From: an uncultured Clostridia bacterium | Lineage (GTDB): Bacteria > Bacillota > Clostridia > TANB77 > UBA1234 | NCBI GenBank assembly: GCA_934149405.1 | Contig: CAKPEV010000001.1 | Coordinates: forward strand, 64,685-128,684 | Reading direction: 5' to 3' | DNA: 64,000 nt | Program-made: the position numbers and the translations under genes | Part shown: piece after piece, positions 39,102 to 50,373 of the stretch | How positions within the stretch are numbered: the first letter of the stretch is position 1 | How the letters are laid out: each line of letters opens with the position of its first letter | Notes under the pieces: generated by a model | The model's input: the letters and a program-made list of their open reading frames with translations, nothing else | Told to the model about the DNA's origin: nothing | The model's database searches: none

Positions 39102-41287
39102 CTAAATTTCTTCAAAGATTTTTTGGTATTTATTAATTTTATACACTAGTCCCGTATTTCTTACTTTTGTTTCATTATTATTTATCATATATTTTATCAT
39201 ATTTTCACGCCCAATTATTATAAGCATTTTTTTAGCTCTCGTAACACCTGTATACAATAGATTTCTAGTATAAAGCATAGGTGGCCCACTCGTAATTGGC
39301 ATTACTACAACAGGAAATTCGCCACCCTGACTTTTATGTATTGTTATTGCATAAGCATGTTCCAATTCTTCTAAAACAGATGACTCATATCTTACAACTT
39401 TCTCATCATCAAATATAACTTCTATATAGTCTTCCGTTATTTTATTTATAATACCTAAATCGCCGTTATAAACACCACTTCCATACGACTTTCCATCAAT
39501 TCCTTCCCAATAAATATCATAGTTGTTCTTTATTTGCATAACTTTGTCGCCTTCTCTAAAAATTATATTACCATACTCTTTTTCTCTTTTAAAATTACTT
39601 TTTGGATTTAATACTTTTTGGAGCTCAATATTTAAATTTCTAGTGCCGGCGTCGCCTTTTTTGGTTGGTGTTAAAACCTGTACGTCCTTTAGTATATCAT
39701 ATGTTCCGTATTTTGGGAAGTCTTGTCCCAATTAATTCTACAATTTGTGATAATATATTTGTCTCTCTTATAAAAAAGAAATCCCCATCTTTCATATTTA
39801 AATCGATGTCTTGACTGCCAGAATTTATTTTATGCGCATTCATAATAATTTGGCTTTCTGCAGCTTGTCTATATATTTCTGTAAGCTTTCTCGTTGATAT
39901 CGCACCAGAATCAATCAAATCTTTTAGCACACTGCCAGGGCCTACAGAAGGCAACTGATCGCTATCTCCAATGAGAATAAGTCTCGTCTTTTCCTGCAAA
40001 GCCTTGCAAAGGTAATTCATCAAAATTATATCCACCATAGACATTTCATCTACAATTACCACATCTTGTTTTATTCTAGTGACCTCATAATTTATGTTAA
40101 CAGTTTCATCATCAACTTTTCCGTAATTCCAAAAAACGATGCAATGTTTTTGCCTCTTCACCAGTTGTTTCAGTTATCCTTTTAGCAGCACGCCCTGTAG
40201 GGGCACAAAGTGCAAATTCTGTTTCATCATATTTAAAAAGTTTTATAAGCATTTTTATTATTGTCGTTTTACCTGTACCTGGTCCACCTGTTATTATAGA
40301 AACTCTATTTTCAAAAACGGATTTAACAGCTTCTTTTTGTTCCTTTGAAAGAGTTATATTTAGTTCTTTTTCAAATTCTGCTATTTTCTTGTCTAAATTT
40401 ATATTGTTTTTGTTATGTGCATTTGTAAGCATGAGTAGTTTTTTGGCAACAACTTCCTCTGCTAAATAATAATCACTTAAAAACGCATACCCATTTTCAA
40501 AATATACTTCTCTTGAATAGCAAAGATTAGTAAATTCGTTTTCAACTAATTCTGGATATACATTCAAAATGTTTGCAACATACTCAATCAATTTTTCCTT
40601 TAATACACATGTGTTCCCATTCTTAGTGCTTTGACTCATTGCATATTTTATGCCACTTGAAATTCTGTGTGTAGACTCATGTTCAATACCGAGTGTAAGT
40701 GCCATTCTATCTATATTTTTAAAATCAACCCCATATAAAAATTTAAGTAATATGTATGGGTTTTCTTTTATCTTTTCTATTGCTCCGATTCCAAGTTCTT
40801 TATATACCCTATTTGCATTCGTTGTGCCAATTCCATATTGTTGCAAAAACATTACTATTTTCCACAATTCCCATACATTATTAAATTCATTTGAAATTTC
40901 ATTTGCTTTGCTCTCGGTTATTCCTTTTATTTGTGAAAGCTTGCTTGGTTCATACTGTAGCACATATATTGTGTCCTCTCCAAATCTACTAACTATTTTT
41001 TTACTAGTCGCAGGTCCTATTCCCTTTATTATTCCACTCCCTAAATACTTTTCTATTTCTTGAGTAGTGTTCGGCATAGTTTTTTCAAAAGTATCTATCT
41101 TGAACTGTTCACCATATGTAGCATGCTTTACAAAATTTCCTTGTGCAACAATTATATCTCCAATATTTATAAACGGCAAATAGCCAACCGCAGTTATTAT
41201 TTCTTTTTCTAGTATTATAGTACAGACGGTGTAACTATTCGATTCATTTGAATATATTATATCTTCAATCTGACCTTTTATCTCCAT
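39102..41287 (-). pseudogene. recD2: RecD2-type ATP-dependent DNA helicase split into three ORFs by two indels (around 40112-40161 in an A-run, and around 39697-39731). Probably an assembly artefact.
   Basis: HhH N-terminal part, GGPGTGKTT Walker A, DEMSMVD Walker B and the C-terminal SH3/helicase part, all in consecutive frames. Confidence 0.8.
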
Positions 41288-41544
41288 ATTTTTTCCTTTC
41301 TTATATTACAATGCAATTATATATTTATCTTGAAAGTTTAGCAATGAATTTTCTAAAAAAAGTACATATGTTCATAAGATGTCTCAATATGTATGCAAAA
41401 AAGTCAAGAATAAACTCATCAATAAAATTCAAAAAACCATATATTGAAAACGACCAAATAATTAAATCGATAAAAAAATTATACATCAAGATTCACTCCC
41501 TTAATGTATAATATGTAAAATAATTATTAAAGTGATTATTAGTT

Positions 41545-42057
41545 CTAGTCACCTATTTCAACTAATATATCTGCCAACCCTTTTACTATTCCAGACACTT
41601 CGCAACTAGAATCATATATCGCTATAACAGTACCTGTATAAAAATTTATTATATAATTACTTTTCGCATCTTTAACACTTATTTCCGAATTAGAAAAACT
41701 TTTATCCGCTAATTTTTCGGCTGTTATGTAGTGATACTTGTATTTAGGACTTAGTGTTGAAATGTTAACTTCTATAATATGATTTATTTGTGTGCTAGAA
41801 AGAAAATCTTCAACTAAGTGTAGCATCTCCTCTGTTGCAACAGTATCTTCGCTAAGTGTAAGTTCATCCATTAGTAATCTTGTCTTTAATACAGAAGTGT
41901 ATTCTACTACATCAGACATTTCCTTTTTTTGATTTGAAATATAACTGTTTTTTATGCTATCAATAGAATAATATCCAGCAACGCTTATTAATATAATCAT
42001 TACAATAATTGTTATGACAAGATTCATTATTGTTATTCCATTTTCTCTTTTCAACAT
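41545..42057 (-). CDS. N-terminally anchored hypothetical protein with a pilin-like hydrophobic N-terminus lacking Glu5.
   Basis: ENGITIMNLVITIIVMIIL. Confidence 0.45.
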   Translation of the reverse strand: MLKRENGITIMNLVITIIVMIILISVAGYYSIDSIKNSYISNQKKEMSDVVEYTSVLKTRLLMDELTLSEDTVATEEMLHLVEDFLSSTQINHIIEVNISTLSPKYKYHYITAEKLADKSFSNSEISVKDAKSNYIINFYTGTVIAIYDSSCEVSGIVKGLADILVEIGD

Positions 42058-42071
42058 ATCTTACCTCCATG

Positions 42072-42554
42072 TTAAGGATTTACTAGCTTTACACTTACAG
42101 GACCATAAACTTCGCATTCGTTGTAGTCGACAACATAGTAATGTTCAATATCAAGGCTGTCGACGCCAAGCTTTTCTGCTTCTGTTCTTCCAACCAATCT
42201 ATAATAATCAGCTGTTTCTGAAGAATAATTTTCAGATATTTGTGCAATCACATTGCTTATCTCTTGTGATCCCATATTCTCTATTGAACGTATATATTCA
42301 AACACCGTATCGCCAATCTTTTCGCCAATTATAGGATACATCATAGGATTTCTTTCATAATTCGTCATTCGATCATTAACAGCATCTTTTAAATTTCGTA
42401 TTTCATTTTCTATCCTTGTTGCATTAGTTTCGTCCACACTCTTCAAGCTAGAACTTATCGTAATCGTCAATACAATAAGCATGACAACAATTGTAATTAC
42501 TAAAGTTATTAATGAAACTCCTTTTTTATTCTTCAGCATTTTTACTCCTTTCAA
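42072..42554 (-). CDS. N-terminally anchored hypothetical protein with a pilin/pseudopilin-like N-terminus lacking Glu5.
   Basis: KKGVSLITLVITIVVMLIVL. Confidence 0.45.
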   Translation of the reverse strand: MKGVKMLKNKKGVSLITLVITIVVMLIVLTITISSSLKSVDETNATRIENEIRNLKDAVNDRMTNYERNPMMYPIIGEKIGDTVFEYIRSIENMGSQEISNVIAQISENYSSETADYYRLVGRTEAEKLGVDSLDIEHYYVVDYNECEVYGPVSVKLVNP

Positions 42555-42591
42555 TTACAAGAGCCGCCATATGGCGACTCATTGCAATTTA

Positions 42592-44187
42592 TTATATTTG
42601 CCACTTTAAATATGGCGTATCTTCTCTTTCAGTTATTCCCCATATATCAAAATTCCAATTTGCAAAAGTGCTACGTATTCTCATATCACTATAAGATTTA
42701 CTGTCAAAGCTTAAAACGAACGTACCACTCGCTCTATCACCAATATCTTTTAGGTTTTCTCCAGGTGCCAAATCTTTCTCCCAGAAACAATCTGCTAAAC
42801 TAACTGTAGATGTTACAGCTATGTCTGTATACCCTATACTTCCACCTGTTGTAGTGCCTTTTACTAAAATATCTAAAGTTGTATATAGTGCCTTAAATGA
42901 TATATTTGCATCTTGAATACTTGAAATAGAACCTATTAAGCCACCAGCATTTGTTACTGTTCCGTTAATAGCACCCTTTGCATACGAATTAGCAAAATCT
43001 AATTTATTATTTGTTAAAATTTGAATCTTACCAACTATTCCACCGATGTCTTTCATTCCATTAAGTGTTGTGTTTCCTGCAACTTCTTGAACATAAGTAG
43101 CAGAACTTACAGAAACTGTTCCAACTACGCCACCAATTGAATCATTGCCACTTATTGTAGCTTTAGCACTACATCTAGTCAAAGTACCTGAATATAAAAT
43201 TCCAACTACACCACCAACTGATGAACTTCCATTTATTCTATCGACACTTACTTTACAATTTGAAATAGTGCCATTATTTTGAGATCCTACTAAACCACCA
43301 GTATAATTAGTTTGTCCAATTACCGTACCGCCTTTTATACTAACATGACTAATACTTCCGGCACCAACACCTGCTAATGTACCAACGTACTCTCCACCAC
43401 CGATTGATACGTTTTCAAATGTCAAATTTGTGATTTTGGCAGTGCTTAACAGTTCTCCAAACAAACCAACATTTTTAGTTGAAGGTCTTGCAATCATCAA
43501 ATTGCTTATCGTATATCCTCTTCCGTCTAATGTTCCGCTGAAATTTGCTATTGGATTCCAACCTTCACCATATGCATATTGTGACATATCTATATTTCCA
43601 GAAAGCCTAAAGTATCCACTTGGATTTGCTCTAATCTTTTCTAAATCAGCTGCTGTTCTTATTATCTGTTTTGGCGAAGGTTTCATACCTTTTTCAATTA
43701 AAAGAATATCTTCCATTGAGTAATACTTAGATTTTTGATAAACTACACCATTACAATTTATTACATCATATGTATCATAATTTACAATATAATATTCATT
43801 TGGCAAATTCAAAGCATTTGTTAAATTACCAAGCATTTCTGGCGTTACGTAGTAATATCCGTACCTGTACTCTTCTGTTATTCCATTAGTTGTAATCGAA
43901 TATGGTGAATCTTCCAAACTCAAGCCAACTAATTCTGTAGAAGTCGGATTTATTCTATATTCATTAGACTTGTTTTCTACCGCTGATTCCAAAACTTTTA
44001 TATCCTGAATAATTTTGTTTCTTCTAACAGCATCCTTATCTCCAGAATATTTCACAATAACTGCAATAACTATCACAACTGCAACAACAGCAGACATAAT
44101 AATTAATGTTTTTATCGCATTTCTACTTCTATTTACGACAAGTTCCTCTTCATTCTCATTAAAAACATTTTTTAGGTTAATCCCCAT
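42592..44187 (-). CDS. Membrane-anchored GLUG-repeat protein.
   Basis: Repeated hGGhhG motifs (VGLFGELLS, GGLVGSQNNG, VGGVVGILYSG, IGGVVGTVS, IGGIVGKIQ). Single N-terminal TM. Confidence 0.6.
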   Translation of the reverse strand: MGINLKNVFNENEEELVVNRSRNAIKTLIIMSAVVAVVIVIAVIVKYSGDKDAVRRNKIIQDIKVLESAVENKSNEYRINPTSTELVGLSLEDSPYSITTNGITEEYRYGYYYVTPEMLGNLTNALNLPNEYYIVNYDTYDVINCNGVVYQKSKYYSMEDILLIEKGMKPSPKQIIRTAADLEKIRANPSGYFRLSGNIDMSQYAYGEGWNPIANFSGTLDGRGYTISNLMIARPSTKNVGLFGELLSTAKITNLTFENVSIGGGEYVGTLAGVGAGSISHVSIKGGTVIGQTNYTGGLVGSQNNGTISNCKVSVDRINGSSSVGGVVGILYSGTLTRCSAKATISGNDSIGGVVGTVSVSSATYVQEVAGNTTLNGMKDIGGIVGKIQILTNNKLDFANSYAKGAINGTVTNAGGLIGSISSIQDANISFKALYTTLDILVKGTTTGGSIGYTDIAVTSTVSLADCFWEKDLAPGENLKDIGDRASGTFVLSFDSKSYSDMRIRSTFANWNFDIWGITEREDTPYLKWQI

Positions 44188-44426
44188 ACTATAACCCCTT
44201 TCAAATAATCATTCTAACCACTAACTTTAGATTACTATTTATGTACTTTTTTGTCAATAGAAAAAATATGATAAAAAATAAACAAAACGTTGTATTTCAA
44301 GCAATTTAGTTTTAAATTAAGCTCATAATATTTATTCCACACTTTCCGGTAATATATCACTGAATAAAAGAATATAAAAAACAGCCAACGCACTTTTTGT
44401 ACATTAGCTGTCCTTAGCATTCTATT

Positions 44427-44867
44427 TTATTTTAAAAATTCTCTTACAATATCATTTATAATTTTACTGTCAGCTCTACCTGCAGCTTTTGTTTTTGCCA
44501 TTTGCATTACCTTTCCCATGTCTTTTATTGTTGTTGCTCCTGTCTCTTTGATACTTTCTTCAACTATTTTCCTAATTTCTTCCTCACTAAGCTCTTCTGG
44601 CAGATATCCTTTTAATATTGCAATTTCATCATTTATTTGCTTTATTAAATCTTCTCTACCGCTCTTTTCATAATCTGCAAGTGATTCTTTTCTCTTTTTA
44701 ACTTCTTTTGCTATTATTTCTAAAATTTGATCATCTAGCACCTCTTTTTGTGTATCTTTTTCGATTTGCAAAACAGCTGCTCTAACCATCATTACCGTAT
44801 TTTTCTTTAATTCGTTTTTTTCTTTCATAGCATCTTTAAAATCTTGTAGTAACTTTTCTTTTAACAT
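44427..44867 (-). CDS. yqeY: GatB/YqeY domain protein.
   Basis: MLKEKLLQDFKDAMKEKNELKKNTVMMVRAAV... Confidence 0.8.
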   Translation of the reverse strand: MLKEKLLQDFKDAMKEKNELKKNTVMMVRAAVLQIEKDTQKEVLDDQILEIIAKEVKKRKESLADYEKSGREDLIKQINDEIAILKGYLPEELSEEEIRKIVEESIKETGATTIKDMGKVMQMAKTKAAGRADSKIINDIVREFLK

Positions 44868-44902
44868 AAAATCACCCTTTCTTTAGGTACATATATAATT
44901 TT

Positions 44903-44932
44903 AAAGGGTCACATTATATTATGCGACCCTTT
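44903..44932 (-). terminator. Hairpin aagggtc/gaccctt downstream of rpsU. The T-run is weak.
   Basis: aaagggtcacattatattatgcgaccctt. Confidence 0.35.
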
Positions 44933-44943
44933 AATATGTATTA

Positions 44944-45117
44944 TTAAAACTTTCTCTTTCTAGCTGCTTCAGATTTTTTCTTTCTCTTTACACTAGGTTT
45001 TTCATAATGTTCTCTCTTTCTAACCTCTTGCAAAACTCCACTTCTAGCACAATCTCTCTTAAATCTTTTTAAAGCATTATCTATAGATTCATTATCTCTA
45101 ATTTTTATTCCTGACAT
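44944..45117 (-). CDS. rpsU: 30S ribosomal protein S21. It is below the ORF-track threshold.
   Basis: Manual translation gives [57 protein letters not shown], preceded by a GGAAGGAGGG RBS. Confidence 0.9.
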   Translation of the reverse strand: MSGIKIRDNESIDNALKRFKRDCARSGVLQEVRKREHYEKPSVKRKKKSEAARKRKF

Positions 45118-45366
45118 TCTTTTCCCTCCTTCCGAAGCTACACTATATTGTTATTAACCCTCTACTGCATACATCTCAATTGGCCTTCTCTATTTCATAA
45201 CATAAGCTATTATACTTAAGTTTTGTGATATTGTCAATAGCATTAGCAAAAAAATATAGAACTTAAGTTCTGTTTTAGAAAATAATTTATGCTTGCTTTT
45301 TGTCAAAATGTGTGCTAAACTATTTTTCGTAAATTGACTACGATGCGTATAAAGGAGGTGCCAATA

Positions 45367-45630
45367 ATGCCAAATATCAAATCTGCTATCAAAAGAGTAA
45401 ATACTATAAAAACAAAAACAGAGGACAATGCTGTTGTAAAAACTGCATATAAAACTGCAATTAAAAACTTTAAAGCTGCTGTTGAAGCTGGCAACAAAGA
45501 ATTAGCTGAAGAAAAATTCAAAGTTGCTACAAAAGCTGTTGATAAAGCTGCTAATAAAGGTGTAATAAAAGCAAATACAGCTTCTAGAAAGAAAGCTAGT
45601 CTTGCTAAAACATTTAATACTGTTAAATAA
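45367..45630 (+). CDS. rpsT: 30S ribosomal protein S20. The start is at the internal ATG, which follows AAAGGAGG.
   Basis: MPNIKSAIKRVNTIKTKTEDNAVVKTAYKTAIKNF... Confidence 0.9.
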   Translation: MPNIKSAIKRVNTIKTKTEDNAVVKTAYKTAIKNFKAAVEAGNKELAEEKFKVATKAVDKAANKGVIKANTASRKKASLAKTFNTVK

Positions 45631-45637
45631 GTAAATT

Positions 45638-45675
45638 GGAAATAACTAAAAGGTTATTTCCAATTTGTTTTTTAT
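45638..45675 (+). terminator. rpsT terminator. Stem ggaaataac/gttatttcc plus T-run.
   Basis: ggaaataactaaaaggttatttccaatttgtttttt. Confidence 0.6.
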
Positions 45676-45973
45676 AAGAAATTTCAATTTGCTGGCATTT
45701 TTCTGTTTATCCTTCTTTTCACAGAAAAAAGGCTTGTTGCTTATTTCCCTAAGCTTTCTCAATTTTTCAATTCTTTTTGTCTTTTGCTCTGCAAAAATTT
45801 TTTTCATTTTTTCGTAATTATGTAACTAGTACTTCCGTAAGATGTTTGCCGTGTACTTCTTCTCCGCCAAGGTTTTCCATATGTTTTTTGATTGATTTTT
45901 TATGTTCACCATGCTATAATTATGTTATACAAAATGATTCATGGATTGTAAACTTATTTAGGAGATGGTTATT

Positions 45974-46237
45974 ATGTTTAATAAGATTATAGAAAAATTA
46001 AATTCTATTAACAAATTTTCAAAGCATGTCATTGTCAGTGGATGTATAATTTCACTTGCTATCTGCTTAATTGGTATAGGAATAATAACTTACAACGATA
46101 ATGTACTTCAAAAAATCAGCCTATACACTTTAGGCACCTCATTAATATACTCTGCAATAACCCTATTCTCTGAGTTTACAATTGGTGGACTTGTTATAGA
46201 TGTTGCTGATAATGTTATAAAAAACCATAATGACTAG
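45974..46237 (+). CDS. Small two-TM membrane protein, hypothetical.
   Basis: TAGGAGA RBS 9 nt upstream of the ATG at 45974. Confidence 0.4.
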   Translation: MFNKIIEKLNSINKFSKHVIVSGCIISLAICLIGIGIITYNDNVLQKISLYTLGTSLIYSAITLFSEFTIGGLVIDVADNVIKNHND

Positions 46238-46247
46238 ATTTCATAAG

Positions 46248-47093
46248 CTAGTTTTTATCTCTCATATAGTAAAATAAGTATTGTTGTGCTATTCCTGCGT
46301 ATTCTCCAAATCGCTCAGTAGCACATTTTTCTATGTCTTTTAAGCTATTTTTTGTGCTATATAATTCTGTCATAACTTTTCTTATCCATGTATCTATCGG
46401 GAAAGCTTCGATTTTATTCATTGAAAATAAAAGTATACAATCTGCAACTTTAGCTCCTACTCCCTTTATTTTCATCAACTCTTTCTTGGCCTCTTTATAA
46501 TCCAATTTATTTATTTTCTCCAAATCAACTTTCCCGCTCACAACATCTTGAACTGCTCCATATACATATTTGTCCCTAAAGCCCAAATTTAATTCTCTTA
46601 AATCTGTAATTGTTGCTTTTGACAATTCTTCTGGCGTCGGAAACAAATAATATTCCATTTCATTAAAATAAATCTTCTTTCCATATGCCTTAGAAATATT
46701 TTCTATTGTTTTTGAAATCCTTGGAATATTGTTTGCAGCAGATATTATATAGCTTATTAGCATCTCCCAAGAATCTTGTCTTAATATCCTTATTCCATAC
46801 CCATATTTTATTGCTTCTATCATATTTTTATCTTCGACAGATATAATATCTTTTATTTTTTTATAATCTCTTTTCATATCGAAATAATTTTCTATTATTT
46901 GATTGGCGTCCCCCACCAGCTCATATGTAAAACATATATCTTTTTCACCATTTGAACTTACATTCATAACACCAGCTTTTATAACTCCAGTGTAACTTCC
47001 GTCACTTTCCTTTTTCCATCTAAAACATTGTCCACATTCTAAAATATGCGTCAAATTAAAATCCTCAACATTCTTTAGTTCAATTCTATCCAT
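46248..47093 (-). CDS. 8-oxoguanine DNA glycosylase (OGG-type, HhH-GPD superfamily). The start is trimmed to MDRIELKN..., which follows GAGAGGTG.
   Basis: HhH-GPD motif LMKIKGVGAKVADCILLF...D. Confidence 0.75.
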   Translation of the reverse strand: MDRIELKNVEDFNLTHILECGQCFRWKKESDGSYTGVIKAGVMNVSSNGEKDICFTYELVGDANQIIENYFDMKRDYKKIKDIISVEDKNMIEAIKYGYGIRILRQDSWEMLISYIISAANNIPRISKTIENISKAYGKKIYFNEMEYYLFPTPEELSKATITDLRELNLGFRDKYVYGAVQDVVSGKVDLEKINKLDYKEAKKELMKIKGVGAKVADCILLFSMNKIEAFPIDTWIRKVMTELYSTKNSLKDIEKCATERFGEYAGIAQQYLFYYMRDKN

Positions 47094-47226
47094 ATTTACA
47101 CCTCTCACATTAATATACAAAAATCTACATATTTCTGCAATAAGGAATTTATAATTTTCACTTTATTTACATTAAAAACTTTTCATGATATCATTAAATT
47201 TATAAAAATGTACATGGAGGTATTTT

Positions 47227-47904
47227 ATGTCTTCTTTCGCTTTAAAATTAGTTGCTTGCATAACAATGTTTGTAGACCATTTAGGTCTAGCTCTTTTTGA
47301 TAATAATAGACTCATGAGGATTATAGGAAGAATTGCAATGCCTATTTTCGCTTTTCAAGTCGGAGTAGGTTTTAAACATACACATTCTAAATCAAAATAT
47401 ATTCTTAGAATGTTGCTTTGCGGAATAGTTTCAGAAATTCCCTTTTTACTGTTACTCTCGTCAGCAAATTTCATTCCAGCACTTATACCTGAAAACATTT
47501 CACATTTTTCACTAAATATATGCTTTACATTTACTATTGCTCTTTTAGCATTATTTTTCATAGAAAAAGGTAAAGAAACGCCTGTTTTTTATATCGTATC
47601 GATATTTGTAGCATTATTATCGATTGTGATTCCTATGGATTATGGTATATTTGCTGTCTTAATCGTAATCTTGTCTTATTTTTGTAAAGATAAAAAATGG
47701 CTTATGGTGCCTGGCATGGTAGCAATTGCAGTTGCCTACTTACTCATAAGAAAAAGCACATTGCAGATGTACATGTTGTTTGCCCTTCCTTTTATCTTGC
47801 TCTACAATGGCCAAAAAGGAAAATCGTTAAAATATTATTTTTATGTTTTTTACCCTTTACATATGCTTTTGATAGCACTAATTAAAATTTATTTATTAAA
47901 ATAG
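47227..47904 (+). CDS. TraX-family membrane protein.
   Basis: LKLVACITMFVDHLGLALF. Polytopic. Confidence 0.7.
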   Translation: MSSFALKLVACITMFVDHLGLALFDNNRLMRIIGRIAMPIFAFQVGVGFKHTHSKSKYILRMLLCGIVSEIPFLLLLSSANFIPALIPENISHFSLNICFTFTIALLALFFIEKGKETPVFYIVSIFVALLSIVIPMDYGIFAVLIVILSYFCKDKKWLMVPGMVAIAVAYLLIRKSTLQMYMLFALPFILLYNGQKGKSLKYYFYVFYPLHMLLIALIKIYLLK

Positions 47905-47990
47905 TTTTCTTAAAATATATGTTTTTTTCACCAAAAAAACATATAAAAATTATAAAATTCAATAAGTATTAACGAAAGGAATGAGAATTT

Positions 47991-48659
47991 ATGAAAAAAT
48001 TTAAAATACTTGTCGTAGATGATGAAAGTAGAATGAGAAAGCTTTTAAACGACTTTTTATCTGCTAATAATTATGAAATTTTAGAGGCAGAAAATGGGCA
48101 AAAAGCACTTGATATTTTTGAAGAAAACAAAGATATAAGCTTGATTTTGCTAGATGTTATGATGCCAGTTTTAGATGGTTGGGCAACCCTTAGAGAACTT
48201 AGAAAAACTTCAAAAGTTCCTGTTATCATGCTCACAGCAAGAGGCGAAGAAAGGGATGAATTATTTGGCTTTGAGCTTGGAGTTGATGAATATATATCAA
48301 AACCATTTAGTCCAAAGATTCTAGTTGCTAGAGTCGAAGCACTACTTGCAAGATGTTATCCTGAAAACAAAGAAATAACAGAATTTGATGGTATTGTTAT
48401 AGATGAATCCGCACATGTTGTTACAATCGATGGACAAAATGCTGATTTAAGTATGAAAGAATTTGAATTATTGCAATATTTAATTTCTAACAAAGGTGTA
48501 GCTTTATCTAGAGAAAAAATCTTAAATAATGTATGGAATTATGATTATTATGGAGATTCTAGAACAATAGATAGTCATATTAAAAAGCTAAGAAAGAAAA
48601 TGGGCAAAAAAGGCGAACACATTCAAACAATTCGCGGTCTAGGATACAAATTTGAATAA
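47991..48659 (+). CDS. OmpR-family response regulator.
   Basis: Receiver domain (DDE...D...K) plus a winged-helix C-terminus. Confidence 0.9.
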   Translation: MKKFKILVVDDESRMRKLLNDFLSANNYEILEAENGQKALDIFEENKDISLILLDVMMPVLDGWATLRELRKTSKVPVIMLTARGEERDELFGFELGVDEYISKPFSPKILVARVEALLARCYPENKEITEFDGIVIDESAHVVTIDGQNADLSMKEFELLQYLISNKGVALSREKILNNVWNYDYYGDSRTIDSHIKKLRKKMGKKGEHIQTIRGLGYKFE

Positions 48660-48679
48660 TTTTGAAAGGAATGTTACGC

Positions 48680-50191
48680 ATGAAAAAGTCTGTAAATGAT
48701 AAATTATTTTTATGCTTTGCTTTACTAGTTTTTATTGTTGTGAGCATTATTTGGATTTTAAATACTCTCGTGCTTGAGGAATTTTACATATATACAAAAA
48801 AGCACGATCTTAGCCACTTATATTCACAAGTAAACAAAATCTATAGCAATTATGACTATGACACTGATTCAAAAGATATAGAGTCTGAACTTGAAAAAAT
48901 TGATTCAATGAGTAATGTTGATATTGTTGTTCAAAATGGTGGTGAAATAACGATTTACACTACTTCAAAAGATTTTACCAGAAATAGATTTTTACTTTCA
49001 AAATTAGATGTTAGCCTTTACCTAAATAATGATTATTTTAGAGAGAATTTTCAAAATGGAAATAATTATTATACCGGTGTTATAAAAGACAGTAGTTTGA
49101 ATTCGGATTTCGTATTTTTAGTTGGTAAATTAGATAACAACTTTCATATTTTTATGAGAACCCCAATGGAGTCAATAAAAGAAAGTGTTTCTATAACGAA
49201 TAGATTTTTGATAATCGGTGGTGCATCTGCCATAATAATTAGTGGAATTATAGCTCTTATTATTTCTAATACGTTCACTAAACCACTAAAAGAACTTAAT
49301 CAAATATCTCAAAAAATGTCTAAGCTTGACTTCTCACAAAAATATGAAGTCACAACCGATGATGAGATTGGAATGCTTGGAACTAGTATAAATACGCTAT
49401 CCTCTAATCTTGAGAAAACAATACAAGAACTAAAAAAAGCAAACATGGAATTAGAAAAAGATATTGAACAAACATCTAAAATTTCAGAAATGAGGAGTCA
49501 GTTTATATCTGATGTTTCTCATGAATTGAAAACACCAATCGCCTTAATTCAAGGGTATGCAGAAGGTTTATGCGATGGAATCGTACAAGATGAAGAAAGC
49601 AGAAAATATTATCTTGATGTTATTCTTGATGAAGCAAATAAAATGGCTGAACTTACAAGAGGATTACTTGATTTATCAAATCTTGAATATGGCAAAAATG
49701 AATTAAATATACAAAACTTTAATATAACAGAACTTATAAACAATCTAATTAGAAAACAAGAGATATTATTAAACGAAAAAGAAATCAAAGTCACATTTGA
49801 TTATGAAAAAGATTTAGAAGTAAAAGGTGATACATTCAGAATAGAGCAAGTACTAACAAATTATTTTAACAATGCTATAAAACATTTAGATGACAAGAAA
49901 GAAATTAAAATCTCTATTGATGATAGCAAACCAAATGGAATTGTTAGAATATCTGTATTCAATAGTGGAGAAAATATAGCTGATGAGGATATTCCAAGAA
50001 TCTGGAATAGATTTTATAAAGTAGACTCTTCTAGAAACAGAGAAGTTGGCGGAAGTGGCATCGGTCTTTCATTAGTTCGTGCAATAATGAAACAACATCA
50101 TATGAATTACGGTGTGCAAAATGTTGATGGTGGAGTTGAATTTTGGTTTGAATTAGAAAAAGTAAATCCCGAAAACGACACACAAAATTGA
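48680..50191 (+). CDS. Sensor histidine kinase (two TM helices, HAMP, HisKA, HATPase_c).
   Basis: H-box SHELKTPIA. N, G1 and G2 boxes. Confidence 0.85.
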   Translation: MKKSVNDKLFLCFALLVFIVVSIIWILNTLVLEEFYIYTKKHDLSHLYSQVNKIYSNYDYDTDSKDIESELEKIDSMSNVDIVVQNGGEITIYTTSKDFTRNRFLLSKLDVSLYLNNDYFRENFQNGNNYYTGVIKDSSLNSDFVFLVGKLDNNFHIFMRTPMESIKESVSITNRFLIIGGASAIIISGIIALIISNTFTKPLKELNQISQKMSKLDFSQKYEVTTDDEIGMLGTSINTLSSNLEKTIQELKKANMELEKDIEQTSKISEMRSQFISDVSHELKTPIALIQGYAEGLCDGIVQDEESRKYYLDVILDEANKMAELTRGLLDLSNLEYGKNELNIQNFNITELINNLIRKQEILLNEKEIKVTFDYEKDLEVKGDTFRIEQVLTNYFNNAIKHLDDKKEIKISIDDSKPNGIVRISVFNSGENIADEDIPRIWNRFYKVDSSRNREVGGSGIGLSLVRAIMKQHHMNYGVQNVDGGVEFWFELEKVNPENDTQN

Positions 50192-50373
50192 TATTCTATT
50201 CACAAATCTTACACAAATGTATTGTAATATAATCTTAAGGTAATCGTGAATACCTTTAAATAGCAGACTTGATTTTAGGTTCCCCCTTTATAGAGTCTGC
50301 TATTTAATTATTGATTTTTCGGGTATTTACGATTATACTTAACCTAAGAAGTTTTAAATTGAAAGGAATTTTT

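Noticed and set aside
39697-40161. Programmed ribosomal frameshifting in recD2, the ABC ATPase, the DAACS symporter and others.
   Set aside because: Most of the frame breaks lie in simple homopolymer runs. These gene families are not known to use programmed frameshifting, and the density of breaks points to indel errors.
45315-45992. ORFs 45315..45521 (-) and 45777..45992 (+).
   Set aside because: The first overlaps rpsT on the opposite strand. The second has no RBS and a Cys/Ser-rich low-complexity product.
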